Origin: a virus
Taxonomy: Duplodnaviria; Heunggongvirae; Uroviricota; Caudoviricetes
Virus record (IMG/VR): IMGVR_UViG_3300050581_000202
Length of the DNA stretch: 64,000 bases
Direction: 5' to 3' (one strand)
This document shows, in pieces, positions 16,525-24,652 of the stretch. The position numbers and the translations under genes were made by a program. Positions within the stretch are counted from its first letter, which is position 1; each line of letters opens with the position of its first letter. Under the pieces are notes generated by a model. It made no database searches, was not told the DNA's origin, and saw only the letters and a list, made by a program, of their open reading frames with translations.

Positions 16525-16698
16525 CTACAAGTCGGCAGGCTTCCCAGTGCGGCGCGCAATGGCGAGCGCCTGCTTGATGGCCTTCTTCTTGGCGGCCTCA
16601 CGGCTCGCTGCATCGCCAGCCGTGTAGATGTACTTGGCACCCGTAGTGCCATACTGAATCGCCGGCTTCCCGTTCTTCGTTGCGCGATGGATCGGCAT
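16525..16698 (-). CDS. small conserved hypothetical protein (57 aa)
   Basis: Not in the ORF track. MPIHRATKNGKPAIQYGTTGAKYIYTAGDAASREAAKKKAIKQALAIARRTGKPADL*; ATG at 16696-16698. Confidence 0.35.
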   Translation of the reverse strand: MPIHRATKNGKPAIQYGTTGAKYIYTAGDAASREAAKKKAIKQALAIARRTGKPADL

Positions 16699-16711
16699 GA
16701 TCTACTCCGGG

Positions 16712-18028
16712 TCAGGTCTTCAGCGGCCCCACGTCGCGGCCACCGTCGATCAGGTAGCGCCTGGGGCCGTTCTTCTCGTTCTCGTGGCGCAGCTTGCAAT
16801 TCATCCGCCAGGTGATGCCGTGCTTCGGATTGACGCCGTGAAGCCACTGGGACGGCTCGCGGTAGCCGGACAAGGAGTTGTAGGCGAAGGCGTCGGTGCC
16901 CACCCACGACCCGTTGACCAGCAGTTCGCCGTCCACGTCGGACAGGACGCTGGCGGCATGATGATGGCCGACGCAGAAATAGCGGCAGCGCTGGGCACCG
17001 GCCGCCGCACCCAGGGCGATCAGGCCCTTCTGCCGGCGGACCATGCCGTACCACGGGATGCCCAGGTTGGAGCGAACGTCGTCGCCGTGGGCGATGTTGA
17101 AGCCGACGCCGTTGATGTTGACGTTGGCGCTCCACGCATCGGGAATCGTGAAGTGGACGTTCTCCACGCCACGACAATGCAGACGCGCGACCTCACCGAC
17201 CAGATAATCCCAGTTGTCGTGCGCGCCGAGGTAGTCCTTCTTGGGTGTCCGCCGGCCGTGGTTGCCGGCCAGGTACAAGACATGGACCTCCTCGAAGTGG
17301 GCGGCCAGGTCGCGGTACATCAGGGCGTGCAACTGGCCGATGGCGAGGCAGTTCTTGAACTGGTTGCGGTAGTAGCTGCGCTCGCACGCCTTGTGGATTT
17401 CGCCGCTGGTGAAGTCGCCGTAGGCCAAGACCCACAGCACCGGGAAGTAGAACTTGGGTGCGAGGGTGTCCTGGGTCCATTCCACGACCGTGTTGACGTA
17501 CCGCTCGGCGCGACAACACGAGACGGGGAAGTTGTAGTCTTCCAGCCCGCCTACCTGATCGGGAACCACGACCTGATCGTGGTGGCCGTCCGACAGGTGC
17601 ATGACGCAGTGCTCGACGATCTGCGCCTTGCGTCGGTACTCGAAGGCCGTCGGCAGCGGCTCAAACGGCTTGATGCGTTGTTCCATTTCCGCAACGACGG
17701 CCTTGAACAAGCCGGCGATCTTCGCCCCGGCCTTGACCTTCTGCCGTTCGCGGTTTCGTTCATCGGTCAAATGGACGATCTCGGCCTCCAACTCCAAGAC
17801 CCGTTTGTCGGTCGGGTCGTAGTCCGGGAGAGTCTTGTGCTGGCCGCCGGCCCGCTTGGGCGTCGGCGGTTCCCCGCTCGGCCACTGCACGTCTTTGTGG
17901 ACCCGGCCCGTGGCGATGTCGGACACGATGGAGCGACTGACCTTGAATTGCCTGGCAATATCCGGCTGCGTGACGCCATCCGTGATGGCCTGCTTGATCT
18001 TCTCAACCTTCTTCTTGGTCAGCTTCAT
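16712..18028 (-). CDS. HTH domain fused to a PPP-type Ser/Thr-phosphatase-like metallophosphoesterase
   Basis: The N-terminal HTH is KIKQAITDGVTQPDIARQFKVSRSIVSDIATGRV. Phosphoesterase motifs follow: LSDGHHDQ, AYGDFTSGEIH, YLAGNHG, IAHGDD and VGHHH. Confidence 0.6.
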   Translation of the reverse strand: MKLTKKKVEKIKQAITDGVTQPDIARQFKVSRSIVSDIATGRVHKDVQWPSGEPPTPKRAGGQHKTLPDYDPTDKRVLELEAEIVHLTDERNRERQKVKAGAKIAGLFKAVVAEMEQRIKPFEPLPTAFEYRRKAQIVEHCVMHLSDGHHDQVVVPDQVGGLEDYNFPVSCCRAERYVNTVVEWTQDTLAPKFYFPVLWVLAYGDFTSGEIHKACERSYYRNQFKNCLAIGQLHALMYRDLAAHFEEVHVLYLAGNHGRRTPKKDYLGAHDNWDYLVGEVARLHCRGVENVHFTIPDAWSANVNINGVGFNIAHGDDVRSNLGIPWYGMVRRQKGLIALGAAAGAQRCRYFCVGHHHAASVLSDVDGELLVNGSWVGTDAFAYNSLSGYREPSQWLHGVNPKHGITWRMNCKLRHENEKNGPRRYLIDGGRDVGPLKT

Positions 18029-18042
18029 GGTGTGTCCTTGTC

Positions 18043-18288
18043 TCAGTCGAAGGCCCAGGCATCCAGGCGTTTGTCATGTGATTCTGGATTCTGTTTGGCT
18101 TTCCGCCGGTTCTTGCGATGAAGCGCCTTCTTGAAGTCGCGTTTCGCCTTCGGGGCGTCACAGGCCCGCGTCGTTCGCTTCCAACTATTCGGTCGTCCCA
18201 TCAGCGGCCTCGCAGAGCAGTCCACAGAAAGCAGGACGCATACGCCGCCGCAAAAGGGAGCACGCCATTGCCGAGAAGGCGAAGCCAA
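18043..18288 (-). CDS. hypothetical small basic protein
   Basis: 81-aa Lys/Arg-rich ORF. Weak support. Confidence 0.2.
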   Translation of the reverse strand: MASPSRQWRAPFCGGVCVLLSVDCSARPLMGRPNSWKRTTRACDAPKAKRDFKKALHRKNRRKAKQNPESHDKRLDAWAFD

Positions 18289-18469
18289 TGGGCACGATCT
18301 CGGGCCAACCCATCAGCCAGCAAACGAACCTTGTTGTTGAGCTGCTGATCCACACGCCTGTTGCTGCGCTGAAGGATTAGAGAGGCCGGATGGCGCTGCC
18401 CGCCGCCACCCGGCTCAAGTGCTGTCGGTCACAAGAGGCAGAGCAAGGGGCAGATCAAGAGGGACGACC

Positions 18470-19432
18470 TCAAGAGGACCGACGCCCCGCGCGGTTGAAC
18501 AGTCGCTCGACCCAGTTGATAGCGTCGTTGAAGGTAGACGGCGGCCTGAAGGCAGGCGGCTCGTCGGGGCCGGCGGCCGGATTGCGGTCGGGGTAGCCAC
18601 CCGGCGACTGGCCGGCGTCTTCCACCGGGATCGCCTCGATCTCTTTCAAGCTGGGCATCGGCACCGCGGGGTCGATGGCCCATTCGATCTTCGACTGCTT
18701 TGCCCAGGCATGGATGCGCCGCACGGGAACAACGAAGTTGAAGCCCTGCAACTGCATGACGCCCTGCGTCAACATGCCGATGTACAGGCCGTTGTCCTTC
18801 AAGTACATGCCGCCGCCAGAGGAGCCGGGGAACGAGACGGTCGTGACCTGATCGAAGACCTTGACGTTGGCACCCTTCATGGGCAACGTGCGGCCGACCT
18901 GGGAGAGCACACCGGTCGTGTAGCTGTTGGCCCCGAACTGGCCCAGGAGACTGCCGCAATGACTCAGATCGACGCCGATGGGCGGGATGTAGTTCGGGTC
19001 TTTGTGGAACTTGGCGCAGATGTTCAGGGGGTACGCCCCTTTGCAGCGGACCATGAGCACCGCCAGGTCTTCACCGTAGTCGGCATCGCTGACCTTGATG
19101 ATCTTGCAGTCGTACTTGACCTCGCCCACGCGGCGGCCGTCTTGCTGCCGTTCCTGGACGATCTCGGCGTCCTTGTACTCGACGAGAATCCTCGGGGTTC
19201 CTTGCGGCGTGACCACGGTGCGCGTGGTGCGGAGGCCATCAATGACATGCGCGGCTGTCCAGATGAAGGTCACGGTATCGTCGCCTACCTGCCGGGTGAC
19301 GAGGGTGCCGGAGCCTTGGGCGCGGCCCGCCTTGATGGTGACGCTCACCTTCTGCAAGTCATCGGGGACACCGGCGACCGCCGGGCCGGCAGCCAGGGCG
19401 ATCAGGGTCAGGACCAACAGCACGTACTTCAT
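18470..19432 (-). CDS. secreted trypsin-like (S1 family) serine protease
   Basis: A signal peptide (MKYVLLVLTLIALAAGPAVAG) and a catalytic triad context: WTAAHVI (His), GEDLAVLMV (Asp) and FPGSSGGGMY (GDSGG-like Ser). The C-terminal tail is Pro-rich. Confidence 0.8.
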   Translation of the reverse strand: MKYVLLVLTLIALAAGPAVAGVPDDLQKVSVTIKAGRAQGSGTLVTRQVGDDTVTFIWTAAHVIDGLRTTRTVVTPQGTPRILVEYKDAEIVQERQQDGRRVGEVKYDCKIIKVSDADYGEDLAVLMVRCKGAYPLNICAKFHKDPNYIPPIGVDLSHCGSLLGQFGANSYTTGVLSQVGRTLPMKGANVKVFDQVTTVSFPGSSGGGMYLKDNGLYIGMLTQGVMQLQGFNFVVPVRRIHAWAKQSKIEWAIDPAVPMPSLKEIEAIPVEDAGQSPGGYPDRNPAAGPDEPPAFRPPSTFNDAINWVERLFNRAGRRSS

Positions 19433-19468
19433 CGTTGCAACTCCAGGGGTCAGAGAAGGTTTTGCAGA

Positions 19469-19855
19469 TCAATGCCAGACTCGTCGAATTCGGCCGAACT
19501 TCCCAAGATCGCCCGCGTCGTCCCAAACATGGTCACACGAATCGCCGAAAGGGTCTTCAGGCTCGTAGGTGACTTCAACTTCTACTTGGCTGTCGTATTC
19601 CGGCCGCAAGTGCTGAACGAGGTCCGTGACAATGGTGTCGCCCACGGCTTCGTCATGGCCCCAATATCGAAAACAAGACTCCAAGAGAACTACAGCCTCG
19701 CACTCGACGGCCACGTCTTCATCCGGTTTCACGAACTCCAAATCGCAAAGCGAATCCGACAAGACCCATCGCAACACGCTTCGCACGGATGTTTGCGTGA
19801 CGGCACGCTCATATCGGCCCACGGCAAGCACAATTCGGCATCGAACACGACTCAC
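19469..19855 (-). CDS. hypothetical acidic protein
   Basis: 128 aa, Asp/Glu-rich (VEVEVTYEPEDPFGDSCDHVWDD). The ATGA overlap with the SNF2 gene places it in the same operon, immediately upstream of the secreted protease. Confidence 0.4.
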   Translation of the reverse strand: MSRVRCRIVLAVGRYERAVTQTSVRSVLRWVLSDSLCDLEFVKPDEDVAVECEAVVLLESCFRYWGHDEAVGDTIVTDLVQHLRPEYDSQVEVEVTYEPEDPFGDSCDHVWDDAGDLGKFGRIRRVWH

Positions 19856-21888
19856 GATGCGACCTCCTCCACCGACATCTCGCCTTCTTCACCGGCATCC
19901 TTCCAATCGACGCCTTGGAGGAATTCACCCATCGTCATTAGCTCCAACTTCCGGTTGGCGCGGATCACGTCGAGCACGCGGCTGTCACTCGGCAGATGGA
20001 TCAGGTCCACGATGGTGCATCCCAGGTTCTCGTCCATGCCCTTGCGGTGGATGCGGTCTTCGCTTTGCACCCGGTATTCCGGCTTCCAACTGTTGGACCA
20101 GTACACCGCCATGCGGGCCTCCACCAACGTCAGGCTCATGCCGCCTGACTCCGGGTTGGCCACAAAAGCAACCTTGCCGTGGCCTTCCAAGTTGGCCCAG
20201 TAGTCCAGTGGCTCTTCTTCCGTTGCCAACGCGCCGTCCGGGCCGTCGCTCTTGGCGCGAAACACCTGGAAGTTCCCCTGGTCGCAGCGCACCACGTCCC
20301 ACTTTTCCTTGAGGCACAGCCTGACGATGCGATCCACCGAGCCGGTGAAGCCGGCGAAGATCACCAACCGCCCGACTTCCTCGTTCTCGTCCAACAGCAT
20401 CTTCAGGGCGGCGTCCTTCGGACACGGGACTTCCCGCGCAACACGGACCATCCGCGGTACTTCCCGCTTGCCGCCGCATGCCGGGCAAGGAACGGTCTGC
20501 TTGACCAACCGGGCCTTCAACTCGGGGTCCAGCAAGTCGATGGCCTGGTAAGTGGCCTCGGGATCGTCCGGGTCCACCCATTCGGCGACGGTGCCGTCCG
20601 CGCAATGCGTGCATTTCGTCACGCCGTCTTGCTGTTCGCGGTACTGGAAGCCGTCGCTCAGTTCCCGCAGCAGGGTCATGCCCGTCACGGCGTTGGGTGC
20701 CGCGCCGAAAAGGGCCTCGGCCACGCGCAACGTGCTGGCGGACGGCTTGCAAACGACCTTCCGGTATCGTTTTTCCGGCAGTTGCAGGCAGTCCTTCTTG
20801 TGCTTGATGACGACCAGCCCTTTGAGCCGGTCGTAGAGGTAGGCAACCTCGTTGGTGCTGGCGACGAACTTGTGGTAGCTGTCCGGGTCCGTTACGCCGT
20901 CCAATTCGTGCGGTCCCTCCTCGAACGTCTCTCCACACTGGGCGCATTTCCTCTGGTCGTCCTTCCAGCCGATGCGCTTCTTGAACTTGCCGGCATCGAA
21001 CTGCTGCTCAACCATGAAGGCCAAGCGTTCTTCCATCGCGCGGCGGCTGCCCTCTTTCAGGAAGCCCGGCCAGGCAATCTCGCACTGGCTCCACCAGTCG
21101 CACGGCGTCTTCGGCGACGGCGTGCCCGACATCTCGATCACGTAGCCCTCGTGGCCAAACGTCGTGCGGATCAGGTCCGCGAGCTTCTGGCAGGCTTTGG
21201 AGCGCTGCGAGGTGTCGTTCTTGCACCGGCTCGATTCATCCGCCACGAAGAACCGCGGCAAGGTCTGCGAGCCGTCCCACTCGTCCATAACGCGGACCAG
21301 ACCTTCATAGGTGAAGAACTCCACCTGGATGCGGTCGAAGGGAAAACCCCACAGCTTGAACTCACGCTTGATGTTCGGAATGCTGGTCTTCGGCCCCGCC
21401 CACCACACCAGATCGACGCCCGACTTCTCAATCACCATCTGGGCGGCCAGGGTCTTGCCCGTGCCCATCTCGGCACCGAATATCTGGTAGTGATACGTCA
21501 GGCCGGCGTCGGCCATGTCTGCCTGATGCGGCATGAAGTTCTGCGGCACGCCGCCGCGCATCAGCGGGCGGTACTCGTGACGCACAAGCGGGCGGTCGAA
21601 CCAGGCGTAGACATCCTCGCCGCAGAGATAGCCGATTTGGAAACGATTGCGCTGGCAGTCGTCCACGGACCACACTTTGATCTTGGCGTACTCGCCCTCG
21701 TCGTCGTAGCCGTGGAAGTGCGCGCCGCGCATGGCCTTGACTTCCGCCATCAGCCCGTAGCGAGTCTTCGTGCCGACCTTGCCGTCCCAGAAATAGATGC
21801 GGCCATCCTTTCTTTCCAACAGCACGGGCACACGAATCCTCGTGCCGCTGGATGTCTGGGCTTCAACCTTCACGGACTCAAGCGACAT
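19852..21888 (-). CDS. SNF2-family DEAD/DEAH-box helicase with zinc-ribbon insertions
   Basis: GAEMGTGKT (Walker A), FFVADESSRC (DExx) and a C-terminal helicase domain (LTLVEARMAVYWSNSWKPEYRVQSEDRIHRKGM). Inserted Cys pairs: CAQCG, CTHCADG and CPACGG. Confidence 0.85.
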   Translation of the reverse strand: MSLESVKVEAQTSSGTRIRVPVLLERKDGRIYFWDGKVGTKTRYGLMAEVKAMRGAHFHGYDDEGEYAKIKVWSVDDCQRNRFQIGYLCGEDVYAWFDRPLVRHEYRPLMRGGVPQNFMPHQADMADAGLTYHYQIFGAEMGTGKTLAAQMVIEKSGVDLVWWAGPKTSIPNIKREFKLWGFPFDRIQVEFFTYEGLVRVMDEWDGSQTLPRFFVADESSRCKNDTSQRSKACQKLADLIRTTFGHEGYVIEMSGTPSPKTPCDWWSQCEIAWPGFLKEGSRRAMEERLAFMVEQQFDAGKFKKRIGWKDDQRKCAQCGETFEEGPHELDGVTDPDSYHKFVASTNEVAYLYDRLKGLVVIKHKKDCLQLPEKRYRKVVCKPSASTLRVAEALFGAAPNAVTGMTLLRELSDGFQYREQQDGVTKCTHCADGTVAEWVDPDDPEATYQAIDLLDPELKARLVKQTVPCPACGGKREVPRMVRVAREVPCPKDAALKMLLDENEEVGRLVIFAGFTGSVDRIVRLCLKEKWDVVRCDQGNFQVFRAKSDGPDGALATEEEPLDYWANLEGHGKVAFVANPESGGMSLTLVEARMAVYWSNSWKPEYRVQSEDRIHRKGMDENLGCTIVDLIHLPSDSRVLDVIRANRKLELMTMGEFLQGVDWKDAGEEGEMSVEEVAS

Positions 21889-23101
21889 GCAATCTCCCTC
21901 GGGCGATCTCGCAATTGTGTTCGGTCAACTCGACGCCGATGCAGCGGCGGCCCAGGCGCTTGGCGGCCAAAAGCGTGGTGCCGCTGCCAGCGAAGGGGTC
22001 CAGAATCACGCCGCCATCCGGGGTCGAGAGCAGGGTCAGCAGGTACTCCATGAGGCCCAGTGGCTTAACGGTCGGATGGTCGTTGCCCGGCCCGCGCTCC
22101 GTGCGCGTCGCTTTGGCACAGTAGAAAAACCGGCTCGCTCCGCCCGAGTCGCCATAGCTCACCTGCACGTCGCCCGCCCTGCCGATGCCACCGTGATAGC
22201 CGTCGCCCGACTTGGTGCGGACGCAGTTGGTGCCACTGGTTAGCGTGCCGGTCTGTGCATCGAGTTGGACTGCCACCTCGTCGTCAAGCAACAGATTCGC
22301 CGGCCAACGTCCGCACTCCGATCCGCCTACAGGTGAGCGATTCGTGCTGGCCCAGCCGGCATCCGTTAGGCTGTCGCCGCGCTTGCGCACCGTGCTTTCG
22401 GTGCCGATCCGGCAAGCGTCGATGTTCATGCCGGCCACACCCCAGGTCAGGGCATTGTGGGCAATCGTGCCATCCAGCGGTTTCATCGCCAGGACGATTG
22501 GCTCCCAGGCCGGCTTGAGGGCCATTGCCCAGCCGGTCCACCGCGCGGCCTCGGGAGTGGCGGGAGCCGTTATCTGCGCGGCGCGAAGCCGAGCGTCGGT
22601 GCCAGGGGCATGAAGGCCGTTGCCACCGCCGTAGCATCCGTTCCCCTTGCCCTCGTGCAGGTGGTAGCCGGGACGGTCGAGCTTGTCGCCAATGACCTGT
22701 CGCTCCGCACCTTTCGATTTGTCAATCAGTTTGCCGATGTCGCCACACTTGGGCATCCCCTGGCCGTAAAGCCACATCAGCGCATCCCGAATCTCCCAGC
22801 CGGCATCCTCGATGGCGCAGCACAGCCGGTGATAGGTCCGCGTGCCGCCGAACGCCAGCAAGAGAGCACCGGGCTTGGACACGCGGGCGATGGCCCGCCA
22901 ATACTCGGGGCCAGGAACCTCGTGGTCCCAGTCCTTCTCCATGAAGCTGAGCCCGTAGGGCGGGTCCGTCGCCACGAAGTCTACCGATGCCTCGGGCAGC
23001 GTAGGCAGCACGTCGAGGCAGTTGCCGCAGTACAGGCTCAGGTTGTTCTGCTCGAAGAAGGGCTGCATGATAGGCGCTGACTCGAAAGCAATGACAGTCA
23101 C
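21878..23101 (-). CDS. DNA methyltransferase (N6A/N4C, DPPY + FxGxG)
   Basis: FVATDPPYG (motif IV) and DPFAGSGTT (motif I). The ORF start is GTG at 23099-23101, inside conserved element copy 4. An alternative ATG (MQPFFEQNN) is at 23066-23068. Confidence 0.85.
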   Translation of the reverse strand: MTVIAFESAPIMQPFFEQNNLSLYCGNCLDVLPTLPEASVDFVATDPPYGLSFMEKDWDHEVPGPEYWRAIARVSKPGALLLAFGGTRTYHRLCCAIEDAGWEIRDALMWLYGQGMPKCGDIGKLIDKSKGAERQVIGDKLDRPGYHLHEGKGNGCYGGGNGLHAPGTDARLRAAQITAPATPEAARWTGWAMALKPAWEPIVLAMKPLDGTIAHNALTWGVAGMNIDACRIGTESTVRKRGDSLTDAGWASTNRSPVGGSECGRWPANLLLDDEVAVQLDAQTGTLTSGTNCVRTKSGDGYHGGIGRAGDVQVSYGDSGGASRFFYCAKATRTERGPGNDHPTVKPLGLMEYLLTLLSTPDGGVILDPFAGSGTTLLAAKRLGRRCIGVELTEHNCEIARGRLHVA

Positions 23102-23140
23102 TCCGCTGGGAGATCGTAAAACGGACCTGAATCTGGAGTG
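23099..23140 (-). repeat. conserved ~42-bp element, copy 4
   Basis: CACTCCGCTGGGAGATCG-N13-AATCTGGAGTG. Lies directly after the stop of gene 23141..23734 and directly upstream of the methyltransferase start. Confidence 0.8.
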
Positions 23141-23734
23141 CTACCGGCCCCTTTTGTCTTCCAAGAGCAGAAAAGTCTGGTCCGGGGCGCTGCGGGGCGA
23201 GTAGTCGCCCCAGACGTTCAGGCCGGCGGCCGTGAAGAGGCCGTGCAACTTGTTGAAGCAGTGCCGGACGGGCGTTGGGACGCCTTTGCCGCATCCCGAG
23301 ACAACAGCATCCCGCCACTGGGAGAGAGTGCCGGTGACGACGGCCGCTTGGACGCCCCGCACGACCGTTTCTGCCACGACAAACGACATCCCCGCGCAAA
23401 GCTGAAGGATGTCGAGCATGTCCCGCTCGTCGGCCCCGATGAAGGCGCTGAACGAGACGTGCTTCAGTAGATGGGGCGACAGTCCTACGGGTGCCCGCTC
23501 GTCGCGCATCGCCGCCAAGCAGCTTAGGAACCGCTCGGCATCCGATAGCTGCCGCCGGCAAGCATCCGAAGGCGCAGCCGGCGAGCGGCCCAACACTTTA
23601 TGGCTGAGGCCAATGAAGGTGCGGAAGTCAATGCTGGGGACTTGGATCAATACGGCGTCGGGCATCATGGTTTCACAAAGGCTCCGCTTGCTGGAATCCC
23701 CTTCACCGACAATCCGGTTGAGGCCGTGGCACAC
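23141..23734 (-). CDS. hypothetical protein
   Basis: 197 aa with protein-like composition. No family recognised. Confidence 0.35.
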   Translation of the reverse strand: MCHGLNRIVGEGDSSKRSLCETMMPDAVLIQVPSIDFRTFIGLSHKVLGRSPAAPSDACRRQLSDAERFLSCLAAMRDERAPVGLSPHLLKHVSFSAFIGADERDMLDILQLCAGMSFVVAETVVRGVQAAVVTGTLSQWRDAVVSGCGKGVPTPVRHCFNKLHGLFTAAGLNVWGDYSPRSAPDQTFLLLEDKRGR

Positions 23735-23839
23735 CTGTTCCAGCTTCCCACGGTCAGGCCGCGCTTAGGCCGAGGCCAAGCGGAAGAGAAAGAGCAGCCG
23801 AGGGCGGTCGCCATCGCCGCCCGCGGCCTAAAGAGGAGA

Positions 23840-24652
23840 CTACCGGGCACGGGCCGGCTTGCTGTCCTGGACCTTCTCGACGCCGTTGTCCTTGACAGTA
23901 AGGAACTTGACAATCTCCCGGCGGATCACATCGTCGGCGGGCAGCCGGGTGAATGGCGTGGAGCACATCACCACCACGGGAACGTGCCAGGTGCCTTTGC
24001 GGTTCTCGGCCACCTTGACCTTCAAGGTGACGGGGATCGGGCCGTGCGGCTTCAGATCGCCGACCGCGTTGCCGGCCACCGCCTTGGCGTCGATGTCCGT
24101 CTGGGTGAGCGGAAGGAAAGGAAAGAGTTTCTTCGCCTCGATGCGGCTCGACTTGTTGCCGCAGAAGAACTCCAGGAACCGGCCGGTGCTCCGCTCGTAG
24201 ACGAGAAAGCTGGGACCGTACTGGCAGTGCGAATCGGCTTCGGTGGACTTGGCGGCGATCCGCTTGAACTCCTCGGATTCCATGTCGTAGGAGATGACCA
24301 GGGCCTCCATGTCGGTCATGTCGATGGCCTTCGGCCGGCGGGCCAGCGGGAGCAGGTCCGCGGACGGCCCCAGGTCGATGATCTCTTCATCGGACTCCGG
24401 GATGCCATAGTGGCCCTGCGGAATGAGGCCCTTCATGTTGGCCTTCGACTTCGTGTAGAGTTGCATCCGGCCGATGTAGTCGCCGCCCTTGGCGAGTTCC
24501 GCGAACTGGTCGTCGGTGCCGATCTGGGTGGAGGGAAGCTGGTCGAGATTGATGGGAACCAAAGCGGTGTCGGACATGGTTGTTCTTTCAGGGTTCAGGG
24601 TTCGGGATTCAGAGTTCAGGCGTCGAGAAGGTAGGTCACTCGTTGTCGTCAC
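23840..24652 (-). CDS. hypothetical protein
   Basis: 270 aa. A GGAGGG RBS precedes the ATG at 24650-24652; an alternative ATG is at 24575-24577 (MSDTALVPINLD). Function unknown. Confidence 0.4.
   Translation of the reverse strand: MTTTSDLPSRRLNSESRTLNPERTTMSDTALVPINLDQLPSTQIGTDDQFAELAKGGDYIGRMQLYTKSKANMKGLIPQGHYGIPESDEEIIDLGPSADLLPLARRPKAIDMTDMEALVISYDMESEEFKRIAAKSTEADSHCQYGPSFLVYERSTGRFLEFFCGNKSSRIEAKKLFPFLPLTQTDIDAKAVAGNAVGDLKPHGPIPVTLKVKVAENRKGTWHVPVVVMCSTPFTRLPADDVIRREIVKFLTVKDNGVEKVQDSKPARAR
24578..24626. repeat. short direct repeats (GTTCAGGG-like, 4 copies) immediately downstream of the ParB-like gene
   Basis: GGGTTCAGGGTTCGGGATTCAGAGTTCAGG. Confidence 0.4.

Noticed and set aside
16230-17177. 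Minus-strand ORF 16230..17177 (315 aa).
   Set aside because: It is extremely Arg/Pro-rich and overlaps, in another frame, the integrase remnant, the small gene 16525..16698 and the start of the HTH-phosphatase. Not coding.
16697-22053. Plus-strand ORFs 16697..18121 (474 aa), 18419..20203 (594 aa) and 20179..22053 (624 aa).
   Set aside because: They are antisense to the HTH-phosphatase, secreted protease and SNF2 genes, which have clear catalytic motifs. The plus-frame translations are low-complexity Arg/Gly/Ala/Val.
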